In this document: one piece after another, positions 40,464 through 50,617 of the stretch
How the letters are laid out: each line of letters begins with the position of its first letter
How positions within the stretch are numbered: the first letter of the stretch is position 1
Origin: Candidatus Eiseniibacteriota bacterium
GTDB lineage: Bacteria > Eisenbacteria > RBG-16-71-46 > CAVPCR01
DNA length: 64,000 bases
NCBI GenBank assembly: GCA_963823555.1
Contig: CAWGMA010000001.1
Span: 768,001-832,000, forward strand
Direction of reading: 5' to 3'
Made by a program: the position numbers and the translations under genes
The notes under the pieces: model-generated
The model's database searches: none
What the model was told of the DNA's origin: nothing
Seen by the model: only the letters and a program-made list of their open reading frames with translations

Positions 40464-40946
40464 GTGGACGACCAGAGCTTCAAGATCCTCTTCGTGTGCA
40501 CGGGCAATACCTGCCGCAGCCCGATGGCTGAAGCGCTGCTCACCAAGCTGCTCCCTTCCAGCTTGACGCATGTCGTCGTCGAATCGGCGGGGGTGCATGC
40601 CGATCCGGGGAGCCCGGCCACCGAGCAGGCAGTCACCACGGCCGCCGCGGCGGGGCTCGAACTCCGTCCTCATCGCGCCAGTCGTCTCACCCGCGAACGC
40701 GTGCTGGCCGCGGATCTCGTTCTCGGCATGGAGCGCCAGCATGCCGACGCGGCGCGGAACCTGGCCCCGGAGCGAAGCGATCGCATCCACCTGCTTGCCG
40801 AGTTCGAGGCAACTCCGGGTGATCCGGTCGAGGGTATCCACGACCCGATCGGCGGATCGCCCGAGATCTACGCCGAGTGCTTGCGCCGGATCGGACTTCA
40901 CCTGGCGCGCATCTTGCCCCGTATCGAGGAACGCGTTGCGCGCTGA
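40464..40946 (+). CDS. low-molecular-weight protein phosphatase (YwlE-like arginine phosphatase)
   Basis: ILFVCTGNTCRSPMAE P-loop, SAG, IHDPIGG; sua5-phosphatase-glyA context. Confidence 0.85.
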   Translation: MDDQSFKILFVCTGNTCRSPMAEALLTKLLPSSLTHVVVESAGVHADPGSPATEQAVTTAAAAGLELRPHRASRLTRERVLAADLVLGMERQHADAARNLAPERSDRIHLLAEFEATPGDPVEGIHDPIGGSPEIYAECLRRIGLHLARILPRIEERVAR

Positions 40947-40976
40947 CCCCCTGTCCCCGTAAGGAACCCAGAAATC

Positions 40977-42272
40977 ATGCTCGACCACAACCCAGCCCTT
41001 GAAGCGGTGGATCCCGAGATTGCCGCGGTGCTGCGCGGTGAGCTGACGCGGCAGCGCGACACGCTCGAGATGATCGCCTCGGAGAATTTCACAAGCCCCG
41101 CCGTGCTCGAGGCGGCCGGCTCGGTGCTCACCAACAAGTACGCCGAGGGCTACCCGGCAAAGCGATACTACGGCGGCTGCGAATTCGTCGATCGCGCCGA
41201 GGAGCTGGCGCGCGAGAGGGCCAAGCAGCTCTTCGGGGCGGCCCACGCCAACGTGCAACCGCATTCCGGATCCACGGCCAACCTGACGGCCTACTTCGCG
41301 CTGCTCGAGCCCGGCGACAAGATCATGGGCATGAACCTGGCTCACGGCGGTCATCTGACCCACGGCCACCATGTCAACTTCTCGGGGCGCTTCTTCCAGT
41401 TCAGTCACTATGGCGTGGCCGAGGCCACAGGGCGCATCGATTACGACGCCCTCGAGAAGCAAGCCCTGGAGGTGCGGCCGAAGATGATCGTGGCGGGGTG
41501 GAGCGCCTATCCGCGGATCCTCGACTTTCCGCGCTTCCGGGCGATCGCCGACCAGGTGGGGGCGGTCCTTCTCACCGATATGGCGCATTTCTCGGGCCTC
41601 GTGGCCGGCGGCGAGCATCCGAGCCCGGTTCCGCTCTCGGACATCGTCACCTCGACGACGCACAAGACGCTCCGCGGTCCCCGCTCGGGATTCATCCTCT
41701 GCACCGAGGAACACGCCAAGGCCATCGACAAGACCAACTTCCCCGGCATGCAGGGCGGTCCCCTGATGCACATCATCGCGGCCAAGGCGGTCTGCTTCAA
41801 GCAGGCGATGGGCGAGGGGTTCCGCGCCTACGCCCGCCAGATCGTGCGCAATGCCAAGGCGCTTGCCGAGGCCCTGCTTGCTGCCGATGTCGACCTCGTC
41901 TCCGGCGGTACCGATACCCACCTCGTGCTCGTCGACCTGAGGCGGCGCGGGCTCACGGGCAAGGACGCCGAGGCGGCCCTCGAGCGCGCGGGGATCACCG
42001 TCAACAAGAATGCCGTACCCTTCGACCCGCAGAAGCCGTTCGTTACCTCCGGCGTCCGTATCGGGACGCCTGCGCTCACGACGCGGGGATTCGGTGAGGA
42101 GGAGATGCGGCGGGTCGGCCGGCTCATCGGCCGCGTCCTCGACCACATGGGCGATGAGAAGACGCTGGCGGCTGTTCGCGGCGAGGTCCAGGAACTGGCG
42201 CAGAGCCACCCCCTCTATGCCGAGGCCGCCGCCGCGGAAGCCGGAAGCACGATCTCCCGAGCCGGAGCCTGA
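40977..42272 (+). CDS. glyA: serine hydroxymethyltransferase
   Basis: [39 protein letters not shown]. Confidence 0.98.
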   Translation: MLDHNPALEAVDPEIAAVLRGELTRQRDTLEMIASENFTSPAVLEAAGSVLTNKYAEGYPAKRYYGGCEFVDRAEELARERAKQLFGAAHANVQPHSGSTANLTAYFALLEPGDKIMGMNLAHGGHLTHGHHVNFSGRFFQFSHYGVAEATGRIDYDALEKQALEVRPKMIVAGWSAYPRILDFPRFRAIADQVGAVLLTDMAHFSGLVAGGEHPSPVPLSDIVTSTTHKTLRGPRSGFILCTEEHAKAIDKTNFPGMQGGPLMHIIAAKAVCFKQAMGEGFRAYARQIVRNAKALAEALLAADVDLVSGGTDTHLVLVDLRRRGLTGKDAEAALERAGITVNKNAVPFDPQKPFVTSGVRIGTPALTTRGFGEEEMRRVGRLIGRVLDHMGDEKTLAAVRGEVQELAQSHPLYAEAAAAEAGSTISRAGA

Positions 42273-42799
42273 TGTTGCCGCCGGTGCCTCCGCTTCGCAT
42301 TGCGGTCTCCGGAGCTGGCGCCAGCGATGATCCCGGCCTGCCGGCTGCGCGCGAACTGGCGGCGCGGCTCGGCGCCGCGCTGGCGGAGGGGGGAGCCGTC
42401 GTGGTGACCGGGGGGCTGGGGGGCGTGATGTCGGCCGCGGCGCGCGGGGCGCAGGAAGCGGGTGGGGTCACCATCGGTATCCTGCCCGGTCACACAGCTT
42501 CTGACGCCAATCCGTGGATTTCAATCCCGATCGTCACCGATCTCGGCCATGCCCGCAACGTGGTCCTCGTACACACCGCCGAGGCCCTGGTGGCCGTGGG
42601 GGGGAGCTACGGCACGCTCTCCGAGGTGGCTCTCGCCCTCAAGATCGGCCTGCCAGTGGCCGCGATCCGGAGCTGGGAGCTCGACCGGCCAGGACATCCC
42701 GTGCCGGCCTTGACTCGGTTCGACGATGCAGGGGAGGCGGCCGCCTGGGCGCTTGCGGCCGCGCGCCGGATGCGGGAAGCACGCGCCGGAGGCCGCTAG
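42272..42799 (+). CDS. LOG-fold / TIGR00725-family protein
   Basis: VTGGLGGVMSAAARGA, TIGILPG, ARN, GGSYGTLSEVALA. Confidence 0.85.
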   Translation: MLPPVPPLRIAVSGAGASDDPGLPAARELAARLGAALAEGGAVVVTGGLGGVMSAAARGAQEAGGVTIGILPGHTASDANPWISIPIVTDLGHARNVVLVHTAEALVAVGGSYGTLSEVALALKIGLPVAAIRSWELDRPGHPVPALTRFDDAGEAAAWALAAARRMREARAGGR

Positions 42800-42986
42800 C
42801 GCGAGCCTTCCGCAAGCGGTGCTCCGGCAGGCTCGTGCTCGAGCCTTGACATGAAGCCGTAGAGGACGGACCCTGTGCGACCGTTCGTTCCCAGCCCCCA
42901 CGCGGTGCGGACATGCGGAGCGACGCCGGCAGAGGGCGAGCCCATCCGGGTGGTTACCCTCTGCACGCAACCCGAAGCAGGAGCCC

Positions 42987-43907
42987 ATGCCGAATCACGT
43001 CACCCTCGAGCCAGTCACCTCACGAGATCTCGCGCCTGTCCTGCGCCTGACAGCCATTGACTGGTTGTACAGCGTTCCGTTCGTCGCGCTCCATGCCGCC
43101 TGTCTGCTGGTCTTCGTGGTCGGCGTGAGTCCGATCGCGGTGGCGGTCGGCGCGGCGCTCTATCTCATTCGCATGTTCGCCATCACCGCCTTCTATCATC
43201 GTTACTTCTCCCATCGCGCCTTCAAGGCGAGTCGCGGGTGGCAGCTCTTGTTCGCCGTTCTCGGCAACTCCACGGTGCAGAAGGGCCCTCTGTGGTGGGC
43301 TGCCCACCATCGCTATCACCATCGCTTTGCGGATCGCGAGGGTGACATTCACTCCCCGGACCGGCACGGCTTCTTCTGGAGCCACATGGGCTGGTTCATG
43401 TCCCGGACCTCGCTGGCCACGCGGAGTGAGATGGTGCCCGATCTGGCTCGATTTCCCGAGCTCCGGATTCTCGATCGCCACCATATCCTCGTCCCCGCTC
43501 TCCTCGCCCTCGGGGTCTATATGCTCGGGGACACCCTATCCCGGCAAGCTCCCGGCCTCGGCACCAGCGGCCCGCAGATGCTGGTGTGGGGATTCTTCAT
43601 CTCGACGATCGCTGTGTACCACGCCTCCTTCACGATCAACTCGCTGTCACATCGATTTGGATCGCGCCGCTTTCCCACCAGGGATACGAGCCGCAACAAT
43701 GCGGCCCTCGCCGTGCTCACCTTCGGCGAGGGATGGCACAACAACCACCACCAATATCCGAATTCTGCCCGCCAGGGCTTCTTCTGGTGGGAGGTCGATG
43801 TGACTTACTACATCCTCTTCCTGCTCGAGCGGCTCGGTATCATCCGTGATCTGCGACCCGTTCCCGAACGCATGCTCAAGCCTGTCGTCAAGCAGACCGG
43901 GGGCTAG
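42987..43907 (+). CDS. membrane acyl-CoA (delta-9-like) fatty acid desaturase
   Basis: His boxes YHRYFSH, HHRYHH and GEGWHNNHH. Confidence 0.93.
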   Translation: MPNHVTLEPVTSRDLAPVLRLTAIDWLYSVPFVALHAACLLVFVVGVSPIAVAVGAALYLIRMFAITAFYHRYFSHRAFKASRGWQLLFAVLGNSTVQKGPLWWAAHHRYHHRFADREGDIHSPDRHGFFWSHMGWFMSRTSLATRSEMVPDLARFPELRILDRHHILVPALLALGVYMLGDTLSRQAPGLGTSGPQMLVWGFFISTIAVYHASFTINSLSHRFGSRRFPTRDTSRNNAALAVLTFGEGWHNNHHQYPNSARQGFFWWEVDVTYYILFLLERLGIIRDLRPVPERMLKPVVKQTGG

Positions 43908-43914
43908 GGTCACG

Positions 43915-45162
43915 ATGCGAATCGGGATCGTCGGTGCAGGGGTCTCCGGTCTGACGGCCGCCTACCTACTCGACGCCGAGCACGAGGTGACACTGTTCGA
44001 GGCGGGTGAGCATCTTGGTGGTCACGTTCGCACTCTCGATGTCGATATCGCCGGTCAGCGCCTCGCCGTCGACGCCGGGTTCATCGTCTTCAACCGGGTC
44101 AACTACCCACTCTTCTCCCGGCTCCTTGCCCGGCTCGAGGTCGAATCACAGCCGAGCGAGATGAGCTTCAGCATGCAGGACGAGCGCACGGGCTTCGAGT
44201 GGAGCGGGCGGTCGCCGGCCGCGGTCTTCGCCTGGCGGCGTAACTTGCTCCGGCCCTCGTTCTACCGCATGCTCGGTGAGGTCGTGCGCTGGAACAGTGT
44301 CGCTCGCGACTTCTCCCTTCACGGCGAGGGCGAGGTCACGCTCGGCGAGTTTCTCTCGGCGCACCAGTTCTCGAGCGAGTTCATCGATCGTCTCATCGTT
44401 CCCATGGGGGCGGCCCTGTGGTCCGCCGAGCCGCGTTCCATCCTCGAATTCCCCGCGCTGGCCTTCACCCGGTTCCTGGCCAACCATGGCCTTCTCAATC
44501 TGCTCCATCGCCGGGAGTGGCGGACGATCACCGGGGGGGCCGCGCGCTATGTCGAGGCGCTGGCCGGACGCCTGAGAGGGCGGGTTCGCCTGGGGGCCGC
44601 GGTGACCGCGGTGACGCGGCGTGCGGACGCCGTCGAGGTGGCCGTCGGCAGCGGCGATCGGGAGAGGTTCGATCTCGTCATCATCGCCACGCATTCGGAC
44701 CAGGCTCTCCGCTTGCTTGCCGATCCGAGCCCGGCCGAGCAGGAGATCCTGGGTGCCGTTCGCTACCAGGAGAATGATGTTATCCTGCATACCGACCCGC
44801 AGGTTCTGCCGCGGCGCCGCCGGGTCTGGGCGAGCTGGAACGCCTTCATGCCGGCCCGATCACGGGACTGCGTCACGGTGACCTACCACATGAACCGCCT
44901 GCAGCGGCTTCCGGTCACGACTCCGGTGCTCGTGACCCTGAACCGTGGGGAGGCCATCATGCCGGAGGCGATCATCCACCGTGTCACGATGGCCCACCCG
45001 ATCTACACGCGGGCGGCATTCGCGGCCCAGGCGCGGTGGGCGGAGATCAACGGGGTCAACCGGACCTACTACTGCGGCGCCTACTGGGGGAGCGGCTTCC
45101 ACGAGGACGGCGTGCGGAGCGCCGTCACGGTTTGCCGCCAGCTCGGCCAGGATCTCCTGTGA
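43915..45162 (+). CDS. FAD-dependent oxidoreductase (amine-oxidase-like, UfaD-like)
   Basis: IVGAGVSGL, GGHVRT, VDAGFIVFN, IATHSDQAL, YCGAYWGSGFHEDG. Confidence 0.9.
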   Translation: MRIGIVGAGVSGLTAAYLLDAEHEVTLFEAGEHLGGHVRTLDVDIAGQRLAVDAGFIVFNRVNYPLFSRLLARLEVESQPSEMSFSMQDERTGFEWSGRSPAAVFAWRRNLLRPSFYRMLGEVVRWNSVARDFSLHGEGEVTLGEFLSAHQFSSEFIDRLIVPMGAALWSAEPRSILEFPALAFTRFLANHGLLNLLHRREWRTITGGAARYVEALAGRLRGRVRLGAAVTAVTRRADAVEVAVGSGDRERFDLVIIATHSDQALRLLADPSPAEQEILGAVRYQENDVILHTDPQVLPRRRRVWASWNAFMPARSRDCVTVTYHMNRLQRLPVTTPVLVTLNRGEAIMPEAIIHRVTMAHPIYTRAAFAAQARWAEINGVNRTYYCGAYWGSGFHEDGVRSAVTVCRQLGQDLL

Positions 45163-45983
45163 TGCAGAGCTGCATCTACGAGGGGGTGGTCCGCCACCGG
45201 CGCTGGCGACCAGTGAGTCACGAGTTCGCCTATCGGCTGTTCATGATGTACGTCGATCTGGAGGAGCTGGACCAGCTTTTCTCGGGCCGAGCACTGTGGT
45301 CCCATCGCCGCCCCGCGCTCGCCTGGCTCAGGCGGCGGGATCACCTCGGGGATCCCGCCGTGCCTCTCGTGCAGGCGGTGAGCGACCTCGTTCAGACCCA
45401 CACCGGGAAACGGCCGGCAGGTCCTATCCGGCTGCTGACCCACCTTCGCTATTTCGGATACTGCTTCAATCCGGTCAGCTTCTACTACTGCTTCGACGGC
45501 ACCGGGACCGAGCTCGAGACGGTGATCGCAGAGATCACGAACACACCCTGGGGAGAACGCTACAGCTATGTCTGCTCCGAGCCCTGGAACCTGGGTTCGA
45601 AGGAGAAGAAGCGTTATCGTTTTCGAAAGTCGTTTTTCGTGTCACCCTTCATGGACATGGATGTCGAGTACGACTGGACATTCGATACGCCCGGGCGAGC
45701 GCTCGCCGTCCACATGGAGAGTCGAAAGCAGGACGGGACCTACTTCGATGCTACGCTCACTCTCATGAGAGAGGAGGTGACGACGCGGAATCTTGGGAAG
45801 GTCCTCCTCCGTTACCCACTCATGACCGCTCAGGTGATCGGAGGCATTCACTGGCAGGCACTGAAGCTGTGGAAGAAGCGCTGTGACACATTCGTCCACC
45901 CGCACCAGCCAAGGGAAAGCGCTGGTGCGATCCGCCCCGTTTCCTCAGGAGGCGATACGTCGCGCGGGCATGCCTGCGGCTGA
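45162..45983 (+). CDS. DUF1365 family protein (UfaO-like)
   Basis: GVVRHRR, GYCFNPVSFYYC, EITNTPWGE, FFVSPF, IHWQALKLW. Confidence 0.9.
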   Translation: MQSCIYEGVVRHRRWRPVSHEFAYRLFMMYVDLEELDQLFSGRALWSHRRPALAWLRRRDHLGDPAVPLVQAVSDLVQTHTGKRPAGPIRLLTHLRYFGYCFNPVSFYYCFDGTGTELETVIAEITNTPWGERYSYVCSEPWNLGSKEKKRYRFRKSFFVSPFMDMDVEYDWTFDTPGRALAVHMESRKQDGTYFDATLTLMREEVTTRNLGKVLLRYPLMTAQVIGGIHWQALKLWKKRCDTFVHPHQPRESAGAIRPVSSGGDTSRGHACG

Positions 45984-47259
45984 GCTCACGCCCGCGCCTG
46001 CCCCAGCCGCCCGCCCCCTGGCACCGGTGCGCGGGCTTCCGGCCCTTGCCCGCTCGGTGATGGCTCGGATCCTGTCCCGGCTCGCCAGCGGCCGGATCAC
46101 GATCATCGACGGCGACGGTAGTCGGCAGTTCGGGAGCATGACCGACGGGAACACCCTCAGCGCCGTCGTGTTCGTGCATGATCCCGCCTTCTACACCGCC
46201 GTCATCGGGGGCGGCAATGTCGGTGCCGGGCGCGCCTATGCCGACGGGCTGTGGACTGCGGACAATCTGACCAACGTGATCCGCATCCTCGCCGTCAACC
46301 AGCAGGTTCTTCATCGGATCGATGGGGCCTGGGCGCTACTCGGCCGTGGTGCCAGCTACCTCGCTCGGGCAGGAAAGCGCAACTCGCGTCGCGGAGACCG
46401 GCGCAACATTGCCGAGCACTATGATCTGGGGAACGATTTCTTCGCCAGCTTCCTCGATGAGACGATGACATACTCGTGCGCCTACTTCCCTGGCGAGGGC
46501 ATGTCCCTGGCCGAGGCGCAGCGGGCGAAGCTCGATCTGATCTGCCGCAAGCTCGAGCTCGGCCCCGGCGATCACGTGCTCGAGATCGGCGGTGGCTGGG
46601 GTGGCTTTGCCGAGTTCGCTGCGGCGAGCACCGGGTGTCGGGTGACGACGGCCACGATCTCCGCAGAGCAATGGACCTTCGCCCGGGAGCGCGTGCGCCG
46701 CGCCGGCCTCGAAGACCGGATCGAGGTGCTTGATCGTGACTATCGGGACCTCACTGGAACATACGACCGGATCGTCTCGATCGAGATGATCGAAGCCGTC
46801 GGGGCCGAGAACCTCGATCGTTTCTTCGTCGCTGTTGATCGCCTCCTGGCCCGGGATGGGATCATGCTGCTGCAGTCGATCGTCATCCCGGATCGTCATT
46901 ACGAGCATGCCCGGCGCTCGGTCGATTTCATCAAGCGGTATATCTTCCCTGGGAGTTTCCTGCCGTCCCTGGGAGCTCTGACCCGCGCGATCAGCAACGT
47001 CTCCGACCTGCTGCTGGTCGGGCTCGAGGACCTGACCCCACACTACGCCGAGACCCTCGTTCGTTGGCGCGAGCGCTTCACGGCCGAGAGCGGGCGGATC
47101 GCGGCGCTCGGATTCGGGGCGGAGTTCCAGCGACTCTGGGAGTACTACTTCTGCTACTGTGAGGGCGGATTCCGCGAGCGAACGATCGGCGATGTGCAGC
47201 TGCTCCTGGCCAGGCCGGAATGGCGCCGGCGGTCGCCGCTCCGGCTGCGGTCGGGCTGA
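45970..47259 (+). CDS. cfa: cyclopropane-fatty-acyl-phospholipid synthase family methyltransferase
   Basis: NIAEHYDLGNDFF, MTYSCA, LEIGGGWG, SIEMIEAVG, FIKRYIFPG, YCEGGF. Confidence 0.9.
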   Translation: MPAAELTPAPAPAARPLAPVRGLPALARSVMARILSRLASGRITIIDGDGSRQFGSMTDGNTLSAVVFVHDPAFYTAVIGGGNVGAGRAYADGLWTADNLTNVIRILAVNQQVLHRIDGAWALLGRGASYLARAGKRNSRRGDRRNIAEHYDLGNDFFASFLDETMTYSCAYFPGEGMSLAEAQRAKLDLICRKLELGPGDHVLEIGGGWGGFAEFAAASTGCRVTTATISAEQWTFARERVRRAGLEDRIEVLDRDYRDLTGTYDRIVSIEMIEAVGAENLDRFFVAVDRLLARDGIMLLQSIVIPDRHYEHARRSVDFIKRYIFPGSFLPSLGALTRAISNVSDLLLVGLEDLTPHYAETLVRWRERFTAESGRIAALGFGAEFQRLWEYYFCYCEGGFRERTIGDVQLLLARPEWRRRSPLRLRSG

Positions 47260-47266
47260 GGACAGC

Positions 47267-48055
47267 ATGGACTCCTGGGCATTGCTCAAGATGGGTGGCG
47301 GCGCCGTCATGCTCATGATGCTCGGGCTCTGGCTCGTGCAGCGGCGGACCGGCAACGCCGGCATCGTCGATGCCGGCTGGGCCGGGGGTCTGGGCGCGCT
47401 CGCTGTCACCTTCGCCCTGGCCGGGGCGGGGGATCCCTGGCGCCGGCTCCTGGTCGGCGTCCTCGGCGGGCTGTGGGGCTTTCGTCTGGCCCTTCATCTC
47501 CTCCGGGACCGCGTGCTCGGGCATCCCGAGGAAGGGCGTTACCGGAAGCTGCGTGCCGAGTGGGGCGCGCATGCCCAGCGCAATCTTCTTCTCTTCTTCG
47601 CCGCACAGGGTCTGCTCGTGATCCTGCTCGCGGTGCCGTTTCTTCTCGCCAGTGGCGATGCGACCCGAGCGCCGTCCGTCACCGATGTCGTGGCGCTGGT
47701 GGTGTGGCTCGCCGGCTGGATCATCGAGACCGCGGCCGACCGCCAGCTCAGCACTTTCAAGGCGGACCCGGCCCATCGCGGTCTCACCTGCCGCCGCGGT
47801 CTCTGGCGCTACTCACGCCACCCCAACTACTTCGGCGAGTGGCTGATGTGGTGCGCCTACGCCATCCTGGCTCTCGGCGCCGCGAACGGCTGGGTTGCCG
47901 TTGGCGCGCCCATGATCATGCTCTTCTTCATTCTCAAGTTGACCGGCATCCCGCCCACCGAGGAGCAGGCGCTGCGCTCGCGCGGTGACGATTACCGCCG
48001 CTACCAGAAGACGACGAGTGCCTTCGTTCCGTGGTTTCCACGCCGGGAGCGGTGA
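47267..48055 (+). CDS. DUF1295 family membrane protein (steroid 5-alpha reductase-like)
   Basis: [41 protein letters not shown]. Confidence 0.9.
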   Translation: MDSWALLKMGGGAVMLMMLGLWLVQRRTGNAGIVDAGWAGGLGALAVTFALAGAGDPWRRLLVGVLGGLWGFRLALHLLRDRVLGHPEEGRYRKLRAEWGAHAQRNLLLFFAAQGLLVILLAVPFLLASGDATRAPSVTDVVALVVWLAGWIIETAADRQLSTFKADPAHRGLTCRRGLWRYSRHPNYFGEWLMWCAYAILALGAANGWVAVGAPMIMLFFILKLTGIPPTEEQALRSRGDDYRRYQKTTSAFVPWFPRRER

Positions 48056-49086
48056 TGTGGTACGAGCCGCTCATCACGCGCGGCCTCGTCCCCGACTGGC
48101 TGATTCGGATCGGGATTCGTCGTTTCCTGCGCCTCGAGCTCGCGCGCCAGGGGAGGGGTGGCCCGGCCGGGGTGGCGGAGCGTCTGTCCGCGCTCCTGAC
48201 CGAGATGCGCTCCGGCCCGATCGCGCTGCACACAGCGGAAGCCAACCGACAGCACTACGAGGTGCCCGCCGAGTTCTTCCGCGAGGTCCTCGGTCCGCGG
48301 CTCAAGTACAGCTGTGCCTACTGGCCAGAGGATATCCGCGATCTGGCCGCGGCCGAGGAACGCATGCTCGAGCTCTACGCCGAGCGTGCTCGGATCGCTG
48401 ATGGCATGAAGATCCTCGAGCTCGGCTGCGGCTGGGGCTCTCTCACGCTGTGGCTTGCCGAGTGCTTCCCGCGGGCCCGCGTGCTGGGCGTGTCCAACTC
48501 CAGCTCGCAGCGCGAGTTCATTCTCGGGCGAGCCGTTGAGCGCGGACTCGAGAACCTCGAGGTCGTGACGGCCGATATGAACGACTTCGCGACCGATCGC
48601 CGGTTCGATCGTGTGGTCTCGATCGAGATGTTCGAGCACATGCGCAACTACGAGCGACTCCTGGCTCGCATTGCGGGGTGGCTGACGACCGATGGGTTCC
48701 TCTTCATCCACATCTTCACCCACGCCCGGTTCGCCTATTCCTTCGACACCGCCGATCCCGAGGACTGGATCGCCCGATACTTCTTCGCCGGCGGCCTGAT
48801 GCCTTCCGACGACATGCTCCCCCGATTCCAGCGGGATCTGGCCCTCGTCGATCACTGGCGCGTGAACGGGATCCACTATGCGCGGACCGCCGAGGCCTGG
48901 CTTGCGAATCTCGAGGTGCGGCGGACCGCGGTGCTCGCCATCTTCGCCCGGGTCTACGGGCCGGAGGCGGCCAGGGCCTGGTATGAGCGGTGGAGGGTCT
49001 TCTTCCTCTCCTGTGCCGAGCTCTGGGCGTTCGGTGGCGGTGAGGAGTGGCTCGTCTCCCACTATCTCTTCAGCAAGCAGAAATAG
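48055..49086 (+). CDS. second CFA-family SAM methyltransferase
   Basis: [51 protein letters not shown]. Confidence 0.9.
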   Translation: MWYEPLITRGLVPDWLIRIGIRRFLRLELARQGRGGPAGVAERLSALLTEMRSGPIALHTAEANRQHYEVPAEFFREVLGPRLKYSCAYWPEDIRDLAAAEERMLELYAERARIADGMKILELGCGWGSLTLWLAECFPRARVLGVSNSSSQREFILGRAVERGLENLEVVTADMNDFATDRRFDRVVSIEMFEHMRNYERLLARIAGWLTTDGFLFIHIFTHARFAYSFDTADPEDWIARYFFAGGLMPSDDMLPRFQRDLALVDHWRVNGIHYARTAEAWLANLEVRRTAVLAIFARVYGPEAARAWYERWRVFFLSCAELWAFGGGEEWLVSHYLFSKQK

Positions 49087-49088
49087 AC

Positions 49089-49112
49089 GAGGCGCGGGGT
49101 CGCCCGCGCCTC
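49089..49112. terminator. hairpin between convergent genes
   Basis: GAGGCGCGGG-GTCG-CCCGCGCCTC, a perfect 10-bp stem. Confidence 0.55.
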
Positions 49113-49141
49113 ATCCATTCCCTGCGCCGTTGGGAGCCGGA

Positions 49142-50371
49142 TCACCGGCTCAGGATCAGCTTCTGGCTGAACGTGCGGCCGGCGGATTCGAAGCGGTAGA
49201 AGTAGACACCGCTCGCCAGGTTCCCTGCCTCCCAGCTGAGCTGGTGGGAGCCGGCCTCCATCTCGCCGTCGACAAGAGTGGCCACGACGCGGCCCAGGCT
49301 GTCGACGATCGTGAGCCTGGCAGGTCCGCCCTGGGCGAGAGTGGCCTCGATCGTCGTCGCCGCGGCGAACGGGTTGGGATAGGCCTGGATGAAGGCGGGC
49401 GGTCCGGCGACTGCCTCCGCCGCGATCCCCGCGGGCTGGACGCGGGCCACGATGGTGCCGATATCACCTACCGCCCACCCAAAGCCGGCACCGGCAAAGA
49501 ACACGTCGTTGAGCTCGTTTGCCGTGCCGCTGGTCTCGGGTGCCCAGTTGAGCCCGCCGTTCACCGTGTGATAGATGGTGCCGAGGTTTCCGGCGGCCCA
49601 GCCCTCGGTCGAGCTCACGAAGAAGACGCTGTCGAGACCGACGTTGATGCCGGTCTCGCGGGGAGTCCATGTTGTCCCGCCGTTGTTGGTGTAGATGAGA
49701 GTCGAGTTCTGGCCGGCGGCCCAGCCCTCGGTGGCCGAGATGAAGAAGACGCCGCTCAGGTCGCTGCCCGTGCCGCTCGTCTGGTCGAACCAGGTCACGC
49801 CGCCATCCGTGGTGGCGCGAATGTTGCCGCCGTCGCCCACGATCCAGGCCATCTGCGACCCGATGGCTGCCGCGTTCTGCCAGCGCACGGTGCCGGTCTC
49901 GACGACGCTCCAGGTGGCTCCCGAGTCGGTCGAGCGCAGGATCACGCCGTCCCGTCCTGCGGCATAGGCCATCCCCTGACTGCCGAAGGCCACTGCGCGC
50001 AGGTTGCTTGCGGTTCCGCTCGTTGCCGGCGTCCAGTTGACGCCGCCATTGGTCGTGCGCCGCACCACGCCGTTGTCGCCGACGATGAGACCGATCGCGG
50101 GGGTGGCGAAGGCGACATCTCCCAGATCCTCGGCCGTCAGATTGACCGGAGTCCAGGTCTCGCCGCCGTCGACGGTGAAGAGCGAGGTCCCGGCGTCGCC
50201 GACCACCCATCCGTTGTCTCGGCTCGTGAACCACACGGCGCTCAGGATATTGGTCGTGCCGCTCACCTGCGGCGCCCACTGCGCCAGCGCCGGACTGGCG
50301 ATCGCAAGGGCGAGGAGTGTGCCGGCAACCATGGCGCCGGTGGTAAGCGAGGTCGATGCGGGACGGAGCAT
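49142..50371 (-). CDS. secreted YCF48-like beta-propeller with T9SS type A-like C-terminal domain
   Basis: Signal peptide, about seven 41-aa repeats (GW.vGd.G.i..T.nGG.tW), C-terminal YPNPF...SGVYFYR...KLILSR. Confidence 0.85.
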   Translation of the reverse strand: MLRPASTSLTTGAMVAGTLLALAIASPALAQWAPQVSGTTNILSAVWFTSRDNGWVVGDAGTSLFTVDGGETWTPVNLTAEDLGDVAFATPAIGLIVGDNGVVRRTTNGGVNWTPATSGTASNLRAVAFGSQGMAYAAGRDGVILRSTDSGATWSVVETGTVRWQNAAAIGSQMAWIVGDGGNIRATTDGGVTWFDQTSGTGSDLSGVFFISATEGWAAGQNSTLIYTNNGGTTWTPRETGINVGLDSVFFVSSTEGWAAGNLGTIYHTVNGGLNWAPETSGTANELNDVFFAGAGFGWAVGDIGTIVARVQPAGIAAEAVAGPPAFIQAYPNPFAAATTIEATLAQGGPARLTIVDSLGRVVATLVDGEMEAGSHQLSWEAGNLASGVYFYRFESAGRTFSQKLILSR

Positions 50372-50617
50372 GAGACGTAGCCTCCTTGTTGATCGCGCGC
50401 AGGACGCGGTTAAGTTGACAAAAGGGCTTGGGCCGCCGGTCGTGCTCACTGCTCCGGGCCGCGGCGGCCCCTCGATCCCCTGGCCTCGTCCCTCGAATCG
50501 GGGTCTCGGCCGGGAGCCTCCCGGGAGCAGGGCGTCGTCATGCTCTAGAGACGATTCCGGTGTGGGAAAAATACCCGCGGCCGCAGGGGTGACCGGAAGC
50601 GCCGTGGGAGCGGCCAG

